DNA of 64,000 nucleotides from Tubiluchus corallicola (Eukaryota > Animalia > Priapulida). Positions 31,663 through 45,384 of this stretch are shown here, piece by piece. Made by a program: the position numbers and the translations under genes. Location of the stretch: the NCBI GenBank assembly GCA_030141605.1, contig JAQGDQ010000038.1:868001-932000 (forward strand), given 5' to 3'. The notes under the pieces are model-generated. The model saw only the letters and a program-made list of their open reading frames with translations, did not search any database and was not told where the DNA came from. The first letter of the stretch is position 1. Every line of letters starts with the position of its first letter.

Positions 31663-32285
31663 AACGACTTTCTAAAGGAATAACGGTTACACAATGACAA
31701 GGATGTGAAATATATAGCTGAAAAAGAGCAAGCATTCTTTCAAATAGCTTGCGCTTCTCGCCGCGCATTGCATTTAGAAGAGCACAAATATCAGCAAGTG
31801 ACTCGCTAACATGTAGCAAAAGAGAAATTAGTTCATGAAGCTCACAAGACCTTGCTCCACTCGAGAAATTTTCAAAGATTTCCTCGCTTATGAACACGTC
31901 GAGAAGAAATCAAATCAATTTTAACACGGCAGTGACGCTATCTCATCTAAATTACTAATTAAAATCCCAACCTTGATGAGTGAAGATGAGGGTAGGATCT
32001 TTTGAGGACTGCGCGTGTATCAGGCTAATATACATAATGCTTAATTTGGTTCGACGATAGGCAATTTATATTCAAAATCACCATGTTGCTTGGCGCGGGA
32101 GTATATTAACGCTTGAGGGCAGGAAATAATTGTCGTTGTGTCATTCATTTGCCTTAAACTTCTTAAATACTGAACGAAAAAATACAAATAAGTTTAGAAC
32201 AGAGAATTAGTCGCTTGTGATTTTAATACTGAAGTCTTCGAAGAATTAGAGTCTGGTTATTTTGAAGACCACGCCATATACAATC

Positions 32286-32472
32286 ACCTAGCATCCGGAA
32301 TGCGTATGCGTTATGCACCTGTGAAATAACTGCGTGTAAAAAATCAACAGGAAATAGCTGTAGAAAAAATAACGCTTAACGCAAGTCTGATAAACGGGTA
32401 CATTGAAAGCAATATAAATGGATTTTATTTATTCCGCATCCACATGACGCATATGCATTCCGGATGTCAGGT
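32286..32472. mobile_element. Small MITE with ~30-bp imperfect TIRs (Harbinger-like family)
   Basis: acctagcatccggaatgcgtatgcgttatg ... catgacgcatatgcattccggatgtcaggt. The same motif recurs at ~12471-12562 and ~4664-4725. Confidence 0.65.
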
Positions 32473-35400
32473 AAACGTCACTTGAGTCGACAACAGACGT
32501 GTGTTTTAACCCACCAAATTGCGTACCTGTCAGCTCTCGTTATGGAAAGACTAAAACTCTGATCAGTTACATTATTTGAGGAAATACTGAATACTTATTT
32601 GAAAAAGTTTGAAAAATGGTTGAATAATCTATGGAAAACATATTTTATTTAAATTTCCAGCTTTAAAACGTTTGCACGTTAAAGAGTTAACGTGCAAACA
32701 GTAAATAGTTGCGTAAACAGTAGGAATGATAAACTCAAGACCTATATACACGGTGGTCGAAAGACGCTCCCCGCTATTCGTTAATAAAACAAAAACTGCA
32801 AGTCAAAAGGTCTAAAAAATTAACAAAATGACAATGAACACGTATTTTATACACTGAAAATTATAAGTTTTATTTCTTATTTTTGCTGGATGTGTAGATT
32901 AAAGTTGCATTTCAGTAACATAAAAAGAAAATCATTATTTCCAAAATTTAGTGTTTTAAATGAAACAGAAGCTCAGTCTTTGCTATTTATTTGTGTACGT
33001 ATCTTAAAAAATAGTTCTATGTATTTAAGTTTTTTTGGATCACGGTGCATAATAGTTTGTTTATTAATAAAATACCTTATAAAATCAAGTGTCTTGTTGC
33101 GCATACTGATGCTTACAATTGATGATTTTTAAAGGTCTTTACTATGAAAAGTGTGGCTCTTTCTGATTGTCCTTGCGGAAATGTTATAATTAACTGTATG
33201 GTCCGAGTCCAGAAGAAAGCCTTCCCCAAAATTACTCCTAACCATTTATCTTGACGAGCGATTTCCGAAAGAAACTAGCATCATTGTGTAATGTTGTCGA
33301 GAACAAGAATAAAATCTGGCATTAAGTCGAGAACGGGGGATTTATTTTGGTTCCTAGATCTCGCTTATTTCGTGTTCACCTCAGAAAAGCTGGGAGAGTG
33401 GATGAATCAAACGAAATGTTTTATCTAAAGTTTGTTCCCGAAAGGAATTTTATTAGTGTTTTTATATATGTCTAATGCTGTGTCACCTATATGTATTAGT
33501 AAATGAAAGCAATAAACAAATGAGTTAAAACATCATGACGTACTTATTTAGATTATCACTTCACATATAAGTACATAACAACAACATGACCTGTTTACAA
33601 AACAAAATAGGGTTAGCCAACGTCAGGAAATTAACAATTCAATATAATTATCATTATGGGATTATTTACTCCCGACACACTTAGTGTCTTTATTACATGA
33701 GAAAAACCGGCTGCTAAACTGGCTCCTAAACCGGCTCCTATACGTCGAGAACTTACCTTTAACTACAGTTAGTACATATTAAGTTAAGAGATAGTTTTGC
33801 CTCTTGACGTGGGGAAAACCTGCTCCGTCGACTATCACTGCCGTCGGATTTTTCTCCACGAGTTATTTCCTGCCTTGGACTTTACAAGACGAGAATCATT
33901 GGTGAATGATAATAATTGTCTTGAGCACAGAAAGCCGAATTATTAGTCTGTTGCAGTATTTGACTTAAAGACGTTCGTGTCCAAATTTTCATTGCTTTAC
34001 TTAACTTGTGAGACAAATTCCACAAAAATCAGCAAAAGAAAGATAATCAGTAAAATTGAGAAGCAAAAAAATCCCTAAGTTAAAATAGCGCGTACGCTAA
34101 AAACTCAATTTGAAATGGAGATGATCTAAAAACTACGTGTCAGCCATTTACAGGTGGCACCACCGATCCAATATGTACATATTAATAAGACACGTCTTTA
34201 GGCTATAATCCAGAAATGGCTGCACAAAATATTTACCTTAGCAATGATCTTATCCAATTATGGAAAGAGATTTTGCTCGGCTTCGCTGAGTGATAAGCTC
34301 AGAAAAAATGTAATTTCAGTTAATGCACCCAGATGACTATATGCTGCATTTCATTAGCAGTAACAGTAGACATCGTCCCACAACAAACCTCTTAAAGAGG
34401 TGGAACATACAAAGGGGCGAATTTATTGAAGCCTCCAAACGCTAGAATTGGCCATTGTAAACTTTAAAATTTTTTAGTCCTTGTCGGACAATTGTGTTTA
34501 TCAACATAGCGCTTTGTGACGACATAAAAATGGACGCAAGAGGGAATTTTGCTTGCGACACCCTCTGCCTGTATCCGCTATCGATGTTGCAATTAAATAA
34601 AGGGCATATCAATCTCTAGTGAATAAACAATAATGGCAAAATATATGATCACTGAATGAGGAAATTTGTGAAATTAAATTCGTCCGCAGTGATTTGTAAA
34701 CCACGAGAGACAACGAAATTACCGATCGCTGGACCGAATACATTAAATTAAGTTTATGAATCAAAACCAGACTCGAAAAATTAATGTGGATAACAGAAAC
34801 ATTAAAAAGAGCACCGTACAAAAACTACAAAACATAAAGTTCTTTGGAATTTTATGAACGGTATGAGTTCATTGGCCTCGTTCACATTTGTCTGGCAACA
34901 GTGATTGGCAACGAAAATTACGCATTCCTTCTGGTCCAGAATGACTGCATCTAGATGGTTCAAATAATTTACAAAAATCGGAGTAAAAGCGAAAATGTGA
35001 GCAATTTATTTGCGTATGATCATATTTGGGTAATGTAACTTTCTAATGCGAGTTTTTCTAGATTTACATTTGAAGTGACCCTTCCTTGTCTTTTAAAAAA
35101 AGAACTAAGAGTCACTAAACTTGCGGGTAGACAACTGGGGTAGAGGCTCCAACAGTGTGGTTAAAAGGTTGTTTAATAACCTGAGATAACAGCCAAAATG
35201 TAAAGAATTAAGGCAATAAGTACAGTCACACATGAGTAAACCTCATTGCACTAGGCATAGTCAAGTGGTAATTAGACATGAGCACCGGGCACACTGGTCA
35301 GCCGCACATGAGCGTAATAATGTACAGTTTCTGACTTGAGTAAATTGTACTAGACCAGGCATAGTCAAATGATAAACCAGGAAATAGTGTAAAACTCGCT

Positions 35401-36469
35401 GTTTTAATTTTGTTGTATATTTCATTTCAGATGTCAATTTATTCGACTTCATTGGTTTGTTAAACTTTGCTGAATATAGATGAACCTCTTGTAATGAACA
35501 TGGCCATTACATGCAGACGAACGTGAGATTAATTTCATAAATTTACATTAAAAATGTTCCGTCGTTTTAGATGATTTAAAACTGCAGGTAATTTACAATA
35601 ACTACAACGCAGAATAGAAGATGAGTTGCAGAAAACAGATAGTATTCGTGAATTTTGAATAATTTAACCATCAATCCAAACTCAGAATTTTGTTTTAATA
35701 ATGAAATATTAAATTAATATCCATTGACTCTCATGATTGAAAACACGCACATTGTGTTTTTTAGAATTTTTTAGCACACAGGTATCATAAATAAGAACTC
35801 AGCAAAGTATCCATAAACAACCAGGCGCAAAAATATGTGCAAAATAATATGTAAAGGATATAAAAAGGTATTACAAAAATACCTAAAAGTACAAATGTAT
35901 ATATTGTAAAGAGGCATTACAAAAAAGTACAAATATATACATGTATATGATATGCATTATATTTGCCGCATATGATGCGGTTTTATACTACATTTTAGCC
36001 TACGTCTCATGGAGTCAGCTCTAATCCATTAATCTAAGTCTCTAGATGCCACCGTGACACTCAAACAGCAGTTTATTTACCAAATCACTAAGCCATCAGC
36101 CACTAATAATCAATAGTGGCCGTTCTTTCCACGTAGTTCCATTTACGAATTCTCAGCAGCTGTTATTAATTCTCCCCGGCTCACCTGCATCGCGTTTTTC
36201 TCTTTCAAAATGAGCAAATTAAACGCAACATCTATTCCGTAAGAGGATATCTTAGCAGAGATTAATAGAACCTTTAATTTCTGTTTCATTTATATGATAC
36301 GTCTGTGACATTTAAGTCCTTTTGCAGAAAGAATAGCCAACTTCACTAAAAATAGTGTTCAAATTTTTTGTGTAATTCTATTGAAGTTCGCTTTTCAAAT
36401 GGCTGGGCATCGCTTATCTCTATTTTGCCTTGAGTCTTTGAACATCTGAGTAAGCAAAAGGGTCTTCCT

Positions 36470-36601
<132 letters not shown>

Positions 36602-37087
36602 AATTAACGCTTTCCAACTGGTAAACAGTTAATTATTATGATAGAGAAAAATATGAACGACAGATTAAAAGCGTTGCTAGAGATATTAATTTCATTTTGA
36701 TCCCCATTTGTATAATGAAGCCGCTACAAAAAACAAAAGGAGTGAAAGTTTACTTAATTTGGTCACAGTTTAAACAATAGTATAACATAACCACATACTA
36801 CATATGCAATACTATTGCTTAAAGTGTGTGTTTTAAGTGCAGTCTTTTCGATTGCCTAATTGATTGCTTCAACCGGCACCTGTTACGGCCCCTAAATCCG
36901 ATAAAAATCCGATTACTACTAACAAAAACTATAAACTGACAAACCAACGACACTACCTATTTTAATGCCGATATTCCACAAATGGATTTTATTATTGTTG
37001 TTGTTGTTTTGAGAAATGCAAAAAATCTGTCACAAATTTTTGGTTTTTGATTTGATTTCCATTTATTGTATTTCATTTATTAACTAA

Positions 37088-37357
<270 letters not shown>

Positions 37358-37515
37358 TAGGTTGTTGTGATACACGAGACAATTGAGGGAATATTTACAG
37401 TATAATGACCCACAACTGGAAACAGGTTACACGTCACTTGATATAATCATCATCATTAGCATTACCATTCATATTATCATTGTCGTTATGGTATTGTTAT
37501 CGTTATCTTTATCCT

Positions 37516-37722
37516 TATCGTATTGTTATCATTATCGTTATCTCTATCATTATCATTTACATAATTATTATCATTATCACTAGATATATTACTAATGACC
37601 TAACTCGCCTTCAAATTAGCAACATACACTGTTAGGTCATTAGTAATAATATATCTAATGATAATGATAATAATTATGTAAATGATAATGATAGTGATAA
37701 CGATAACGATAACAATGCGATA
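37516..37722. repeat. Long inverted repeat (~90-bp arms, 26-nt loop)
   Basis: 37516-37604 is the reverse complement of 37631-37722, with 4 mismatches and one 3-nt indel. Confidence 0.9.
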
Positions 37723-39669
37723 TATTAGCTGACCAACCGAAAAACTGTTTAAGTCCGAGTCGTGATAAAACAGATAATTATAAATTCATTCGACACTAGA
37801 GGAAACACTATTAATGAGATTTACTTGTACATAGAGGAAACGCTATTAATGAGGTTTACTTGTACATACAGCTAATAAAAATTAAAAAGTAAACATTAAA
37901 AAAGCCATTAAACAAACAAAGTATCAGAACGAGTCATTGTTCTAAAGACGCAAGTAGTAGTTTTGCCCGCATAAAATACTCATATTATTGCCGGACTCAC
38001 TGGTCGTTTTTCCTCTCCCCTAGAATACCTTAAAATCTCGAGAAAAGTATTTAGCGAACATTTCATTTTAAGTTTATTGAGGTCAAGAAATTCCTAACGC
38101 TGTTAATTTTATTGAATTTCCTGAAATGGAATAAACTGCATCATTGCTGTCAAGAGTCACCATTCATTATTACAAATGTTGTAATCTGATTTGTCTAGGT
38201 ACACAGAAGCATTGGCTTTACGCTTTCCATGATAATGTTTGCTGAATCTTTTTGTCCAATTACTTATAGAATTTGGATAGCGACATCAATACATTCTTGT
38301 GATTTTGATTTGAGTAAACAAAAGCTACTTTAGTATGAAATGTTCAACCAGCTCGTGTAAAATAATGAACGAAAATAATAATTTTTTATAGGAGCTAGGA
38401 TAATTACAAAAAATCACAGAATTAAAAAGTAAAATAACAAAACCATAAATAGTCCAGTCAAACTGTGGCCGTGACGTGAATAAATTGTAATACTGTAAAT
38501 ATGTTTTGCTGCAACGTGTTGATCAACATTTTAAAAACCTACCGTACGCAAGTTGGTGCAAAACTTTCAAAAATTGCAAAAAATTTTCGGCCATTGCCAA
38601 AAATTGGAAATTTTGCTAAAACTCAGCAAGAAAATATCTGAAGAAGGCTGCATTTATATTTGTAAGGTCAACAAAGACAAAGATTTCTCAGATTATCAAA
38701 ACATGTCAAGACCTTAAAAATGAAAAATATGCCCGCCAATACCAAAAAAGGGTTTTCGTGTTGTAACTGAGTAATAAAGTGCTTAAACTGGCTAAGATTG
38801 ATATCCATACCCATGTTTTTTAAGGTCAGAGAATATGATAAGCATGGGTAATATTTTCACAATGGGCACCCTTTTCAAGGGTTTTTCATTAGTTACAAGA
38901 GCTACCGTAATAAACTAATAAATAAGCTTTTTTAAAAAAACATACGAAGACTCACTTGACCCTCAGGCTAAGTGACCCTTGGGTAGTGCATATATACAAT
39001 ACTTACTAATTATTAATTAAGAGCAATATTAAATTGTTTGAATTCTTTATTTAGTGTCTATAATATTTGGTACTAATATTAGTTATTAGTCCTGACTCGG
39101 AAGCAACATGTAAGCCTTATGAAAATCCGCAATGTGTATATATTCCGACCTGCCCTTTGTCATAGCAAAGTTCTAAGCCATTTTCACGTTTATGTCATTC
39201 AATTCCACGAAGAAAAAACGTTTTACCTGCGCTTGATCTTGGAAAAAAATTTTCAGCTGCTTGGAAAATGGAAAAATCGGACTAGACGGTGATTGTGTTT
39301 CTTTTAAGATAAGTAAGCCATCCCAGATCAAGTTTTAAGATTTAATTTGGGACACTCCTGGATTGTCTCATCACATTCACAAAAAGTCAAACCCTTGTTA
39401 AAGTAAAAATCTAATTTTTAGTAAAACGTCATTCTAGGACCTCGAATGGTGGATGACGAGAGGTCGATTGCAGAGCGACCCATGATGAACAATCATATAA
39501 CTGAAAACAGGTCGAAAAACGTTAACTAGAAAGTTGATCGAAATAGCCGGGTTTTAACTGGGTGACCGGAAAAATTCCACCACGTCCGCTTAATGGTTTA
39601 AAGTGGAATACTTTTGTCACTACAAACGCCATAATAAGTAGATATATTTTGTAAACGCCCGAAAACAAA

Positions 39670-39770
39670 TACTAAATTAAAGTCTGAAAACTTTTTACAC
39701 CTTCACTGGGACTCGAACCCAAAACTTTCTGGTTTTGGGGCAGCTAAGCGACAACAATGCCCTGCTGCGT
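39670..39770 (-). mobile_element. tRNA-derived SINE remnant
   Basis: B-box gggttcgagtcccag on the minus strand (39706-39720). Confidence 0.35.
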
Positions 39771-40149
39771 ATAACGAGGACATGTTGTAGCAATTTTGTA
39801 CTGTCCTCGTAATTAATTACATTAAACTCACAACCGATTTACTGCAATCGTGAACGTGATTTGAAAAGAATTAAACGAATTGCAAACTTCGTCGATCAAT
39901 GACGATGTCAATCAGTTGTTAAAGATCGGGAACAGTAGCCCAAACGATTAAATACTTGTTAAAAATTTTACTTTCGTTTTCACGTGTTTAGGACAGATGC
40001 GGCAAATCGTGTATAGCTATTATACTTGTTAATGGATGGTAAACCGTATATGTAGTTTATTGCCACATTCAGCATTTTCTGCAGCCAAGTAAAATAGCAA
40101 AAACATAACATATAATAAAACAATTTGTTCATTGGTAAGCGAGACGCAT

Positions 40150-41400
40150 CACTACATGAATTAATGCGATATTAAGTCCGAATTTAGTGCGATATTAATT
40201 GTAATCGTCAGAAGTTGAATTTACAGAAGTTGAAAATTAATTACAGACGATTATTTCCACAAACTTTATCAAGTTTATACAAGTATTTAGCTTTATTTGC
40301 GTAAGTTGTGTCATAAAAGAGTTGATATGTTCAACATAGTCAGCATATTTAGTGTCAGGACATTCTAAGACCGCACGAGTAAAGGGTTTGAACAATATTC
40401 AAATCACAAAATTGACATATTCCATTTTCAAGTCTGGTCCTGCTCCACTTGCCAGTCTCAGTTCATAGGTTGTGGTTTCCTACTCTGAATCTTGAAATGA
40501 TTATCCTGTATTGTACGATAAGAATGCTGTTATCATAAAGTCAGGAAAGTTTGGTCAACTCTGGGTTTATACTACACTATACACCCTGTTTCGAGTCAGG
40601 GTCATTTCTGAACGCAAGAAGTCGTTGTCGGACATTATCTATATATTTATTATCAAGATGTCTTCAGTTACCTGCCAGTACTGAAATTTTTGAAATTCAT
40701 TGTTCTCGTAATGTTGAACATATTTGATGCGTTCTCTACGAGCAATGTTTAAAAGTCTACAGATATGATTATCAGGGTTATCACGACAGTATTTACTGAT
40801 CTTTAACCAATAATTAAGCTGCAGTGAAATAACTTTTCCAAGCTTTTAGTATATACCATCTCGTTAATAGTATTCTGATTAGTACCCAAAGCAATTTTTA
40901 ACGCTTTCCTATGTAGAGTCTTTAGTTTAGTAATGCTTTCATATCCCATTGCACTCTAACATCTTCACAGTAATTACCTTGATCCGTGAAGACGACGCTT
41001 AAATATACTTGTTCATCTAGGTATTTCAACACCCCTTGTTTAACTGAAAAAAAAACGCTTACCATCTTCATTATCCTTGCCTATTACAAAGAAGCTAGGT
41101 TTGTCAGCATTTAGTGTCATACCGTTGTCACAAAAATAATTTTCAGCAGTTTTACACTTCCGTTCAAATGAAGATCTATCAGTACTTAAGATGGCTGTAT
41201 AAGCATAAGCAAGACAATGCAGATCATGTAAAAGCAACCCTGAATTACAGTTCGTTTGTACATAATCTGACATGTCATCTAAGAAAGCGTTAAAAAGTAA
41301 AAATGATATAACTATGTACTTGTTAAAAGGAATCTGTAGTTTAATACGATCACAACGGCCAAAATGGTATTGGTCTATGAAGTATGACTTTTTCACATCT
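40150..41400 (-). mobile_element. LINE reverse transcriptase fragment (RTE-X-like)
   Basis: ORF 41040-41396 LFNAFLDDM...LHCLAYA(DD degenerate)...GMTLNADK. Downstream ISRFRVGNHNL*TETGKW...CQFC. Confidence 0.7.
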
Positions 41401-42017
41401 GCTTGATTTTCTACCTTGTTTTCCTCTCCCCCATTTCTTCTATCTATTCATTTCCTTCTGTTCTATCCCTTTCTACCGTTCTCACCCTGGTCTTCTTTTC
41501 TGTCCGCTCTCTCACTTTCTCTCCTCTTCACTTTGTTTTATTGAAAACCGTAAATGGAATGTCGCTATTGTTGTAACGAGGGGAGTGGTTACGCACTACC
41601 CACCTCTGCCGTCGCCGCCAGCAATGTTTCAATAAAGTTTTAACAAACCTTGCAAATTCTAGAATGCTAAAAATAGTTCACCTTTAAGGTGAAATGAAGT
41701 GTGCCATTCCTGGAATCAGTATTAGTAGGTGTGTAAACCAACATGATAGCGATGGTGATGATGACAATGATGGTAATAAAATAATACATTAGGATCACCT
41801 TCATGTAAGGTAAGGACCCCTGCAGCTTAGGAAACATTTTTTTCTATACTTGCTTTCTGGATTCAATATTCAATAGACTGATCAACCGCTCTGGTAGATT
41901 TTTGGATGCCTTGGTTAGTCGATAATTTGGTCGCTGATCGACTAGTGCCCCAGGGCGGCTGAAATGATATTTTTCCAAAATTTCGAACAGTGGAAGCTAA
42001 CTGCTTCGTTAGTAGCT

Positions 42018-42031
42018 GCTACTACTACTAT

Positions 42032-42113
<82 letters not shown>
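42018..42113. repeat. (ACT)n microsatellite
   Basis: Direct inspection. Confidence 0.95.
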
Positions 42114-42537
42114 GGTGCTGCTACAGGAAGTATTGTTCTCGTAGGTCCTTCAGAGTATTTACCTTTTTATGAGCTATTTTAAACACGTCGGTATTCAGTA
42201 GTAACCTAGGCATAGCTAATTTCATCTGTAGCTGTTAACCTTGGTAATTACTTGCTAGTTAATCAATCATCCCTTGAAACAGCAGTAATGTTGTTATTCG
42301 CTCGGTTAATTTACACGTAATTGTAATCAGCTGTAGTGAACGTGTTTTGCGGACAGTAGTAATAATACTGGTTGAATCTCTCATGTCTACATTAAAATAA
42401 CGTTAGACGAAGTTTTCTTTCTCCTTAATTTATGGTGCTGCTCTTTTGAGAAAGTCATTGTTTGCTTCTACTTTTATTGCACCAATTCTACTGATGCAGA
42501 ACGTGCCACTACTACTCCTATTACAACACCGACTGTA

Positions 42538-42663
42538 AGTAGTAGTAGTAGTAGTAGTAGTGGTAGTGGTAGTGGTAGTGGTAGTGGTAGTGGTAGTGGT
42601 AGTAGCGGTAGCGGTAGCAGTAGCAGTAGCAGTAGCAGTAGCAGTAGCAGTAGCAGCAGTAGC

Positions 42664-42698
<35 letters not shown>

Positions 42699-42790
42699 GT
42701 AATAGTAGTTGTAGTGCCAGCAGCAGCAGCAGGGGTGGTGGTGGTGGTGGTGGTAGTGGTAGTGGTAGTGGTAGTGGTAGTAGTAGCAGT

Positions 42791-42878
<88 letters not shown>

Positions 42879-42960
42879 AGTAGTAGAAGTTGTAGTGCCA
42901 GCAGCAGCAGCAGTGGTGGTGGTGGTGGTGGTAGTAGTAGTAGTAGTCGTCGTCGTTGTT
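42538..42960. repeat. Compound AGT/GGT/AGC microsatellite
   Basis: Direct inspection; contains a duplicated agttgtagtgccagcagcagcagcag-(ggt)n block. Confidence 0.95.
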
Positions 42961-43779
42961 TTACATATATCAAGGGTGACTTTTATAATCTGAATATATG
43001 GCAGTTTATTAAAGACTTTTGCATAAACTTTCAAATTAAGTTTACACTATACCTACGTACATTTTTAAAAGACGTATCCAGAATTCAAAAATATATTTGT
43101 GTGAACTCTAAACTCGATCATGATCTACAAAAACATTCAGTTTGGAGAAACAGTAGTAATAGCAGTGGTTCACAAATATCCTGCAATCTCAGAACATTAG
43201 CCAAATTTACACCACTCGTGAAATACGACAGTATTTTTTGAGAGTGTCATAGTTTCATATTTATTAACGGTGTCACTTACAATGTTATAGTAATACCGTA
43301 ACGTTAAACGTTTAATTTTTATTTTTTCGCCACTGTCGCCACCGCGACCGCCAACACTACTACCGTTTTCTTACCTGCCCTATAGATGATAGCGTACTGC
43401 ATTACGTTCAACAATGTCAGTGGACAACAAAAACAAGAACAAAATGTTATAATAAATGATTCATCTGAAAAAATGGCCCTACTTACTCGAACGAGATGAA
43501 ATTATTGATAAAAGATTATCAAGCTCTGCAACCGTCTTTTACTTTGGCATCTAAGTTAATTAAGTTTTGCGGGAAGTTTGAGCTATAGCTGAGCTGTAGA
43601 AAACAAATTAAATTCACTGCCTTTCTTATAATGAAACCCTGATTATTTCTATGGTCGTCATATTAAGACGTCTATGGTCGACGGAAATGAAATGGTGCAA
43701 GGATGCGGATGAAGGATAAGGGAAAGAAAAGTGCATCAGTAAAAAATGTATAATTATCCTGTGGTTACAGTAATTAGAT

Positions 43780-44570
43780 GCTAATTAGATTATCTACACA
43801 GATAAAAGCAGTGTTGTGAGCAAACATGGACGATGAGCTCACTTTAAGTGTTCGCGTGGCTGAGATCACACAAAAAGCGTGGCACATTAGACAAAAATAA
43901 AAAAGTTATGCTGCAAATATAAAGGCCTTAAAATTACGTAATTATAAGCCTAGCAAAAGTGAATGTCTTGCTCATCAACGTGGTTAGATGAACAAATACA
44001 CGCATTTGTGGACCTCATGTATGATATAATGAAAGCAGCCGCGGGCGTAACGTACAACCCTCTTCAAAAGGAACTAATATGCAATCTACCACCAATGCAT
44101 ATTTTATTCGAATCAGTGGCTAGTAAATTTGTCTTAAACTTATTAAAACACCCAGATGAAGACTTAATTAAGCAAGAGGCACCAAGGGTAAAACTGCTGG
44201 TCATTCTTTAGCATGTTGCCCGAGTCAAATCATTTCTAAAGTGTTGAAGTTGTTCGAAATTAGAGCATACGTGCCGACAAACAAAACCTTAGATACAATT
44301 AAAAAAAACTGATGAATTTCCTAAAGTACAATGGTTGAGAGCACTGCAAAAATAAAAAACTCCTTGCAGGAAATCTATCTGCAATATGTGCAGTTTATAA
44401 TCATCCTCTAAAATTGCCTTTAAGCAGATACAACCCTTTCAATACAGCTGATTCAATAACTGCTGTTTTTCGCCACCAATTCCCATTTGTTTGGTTAATT
44501 AATTTATATTAATCTTCTAAATACTTTTTGATTGAGAAAAAATAAATAATTTGATTTGATTTGATTTCAT
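43780..44570 (+). mobile_element. Probable old LINE 3' fragment
   Basis: Decayed coding-like stretch ending in aataaa followed by a (tttga)n tail at ~44541-44567. Family not resolved. Confidence 0.35.
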
Positions 44571-45183
44571 TTACTGAAACCATACAATCGCAATCGCCTC
44601 TTGCTTAACAGAGTCAGCAAATTGTTTAGATGCCGAATAGGCCTGATTGACAACGAGCTCTGTACATGTGGTCACGCAGCTCAAACCCTCAAACATTAAT
44701 TTTAATCTATGATTGCCAATTACAGGCAATTTAAGAGACGAGCTTTAAACTGTCGTAGGTAATAGGAACGTTCAAGATATAGGAATCGGGTTAACGCGCA
44801 CTTGAAGTATGCATTAACATTGTTCGTGAATTAATTAGAATAGAAATGATCACTTATTAATTAAGATGTCAAATTATACGCAGTAACAGTATTCATTGTC
44901 AGGTGTTTTTATCATCTCTCTATATATACCTGCAAGAAAATTTGTAATATCTATTTTTTATACTTGCAATATAGCAAAAAAGCTAACTATGTATATTTAA
45001 AAGCAGTAATTGAAATTATAACTGTAGTTGAAGTCTTTTAATTAAAACAAAAATCTAGTCAAATGTAATTCTAGGTTTGAAACTGTAATTGTAACTGCAA
45101 CATTTTGTATTTGAATGTATGTGAATGTATATTGTGATGTTGTATTTAAGCTTAATCTCTAACATTTATGTAAGCTTCGTCAC

Positions 45184-45384
<201 letters not shown>

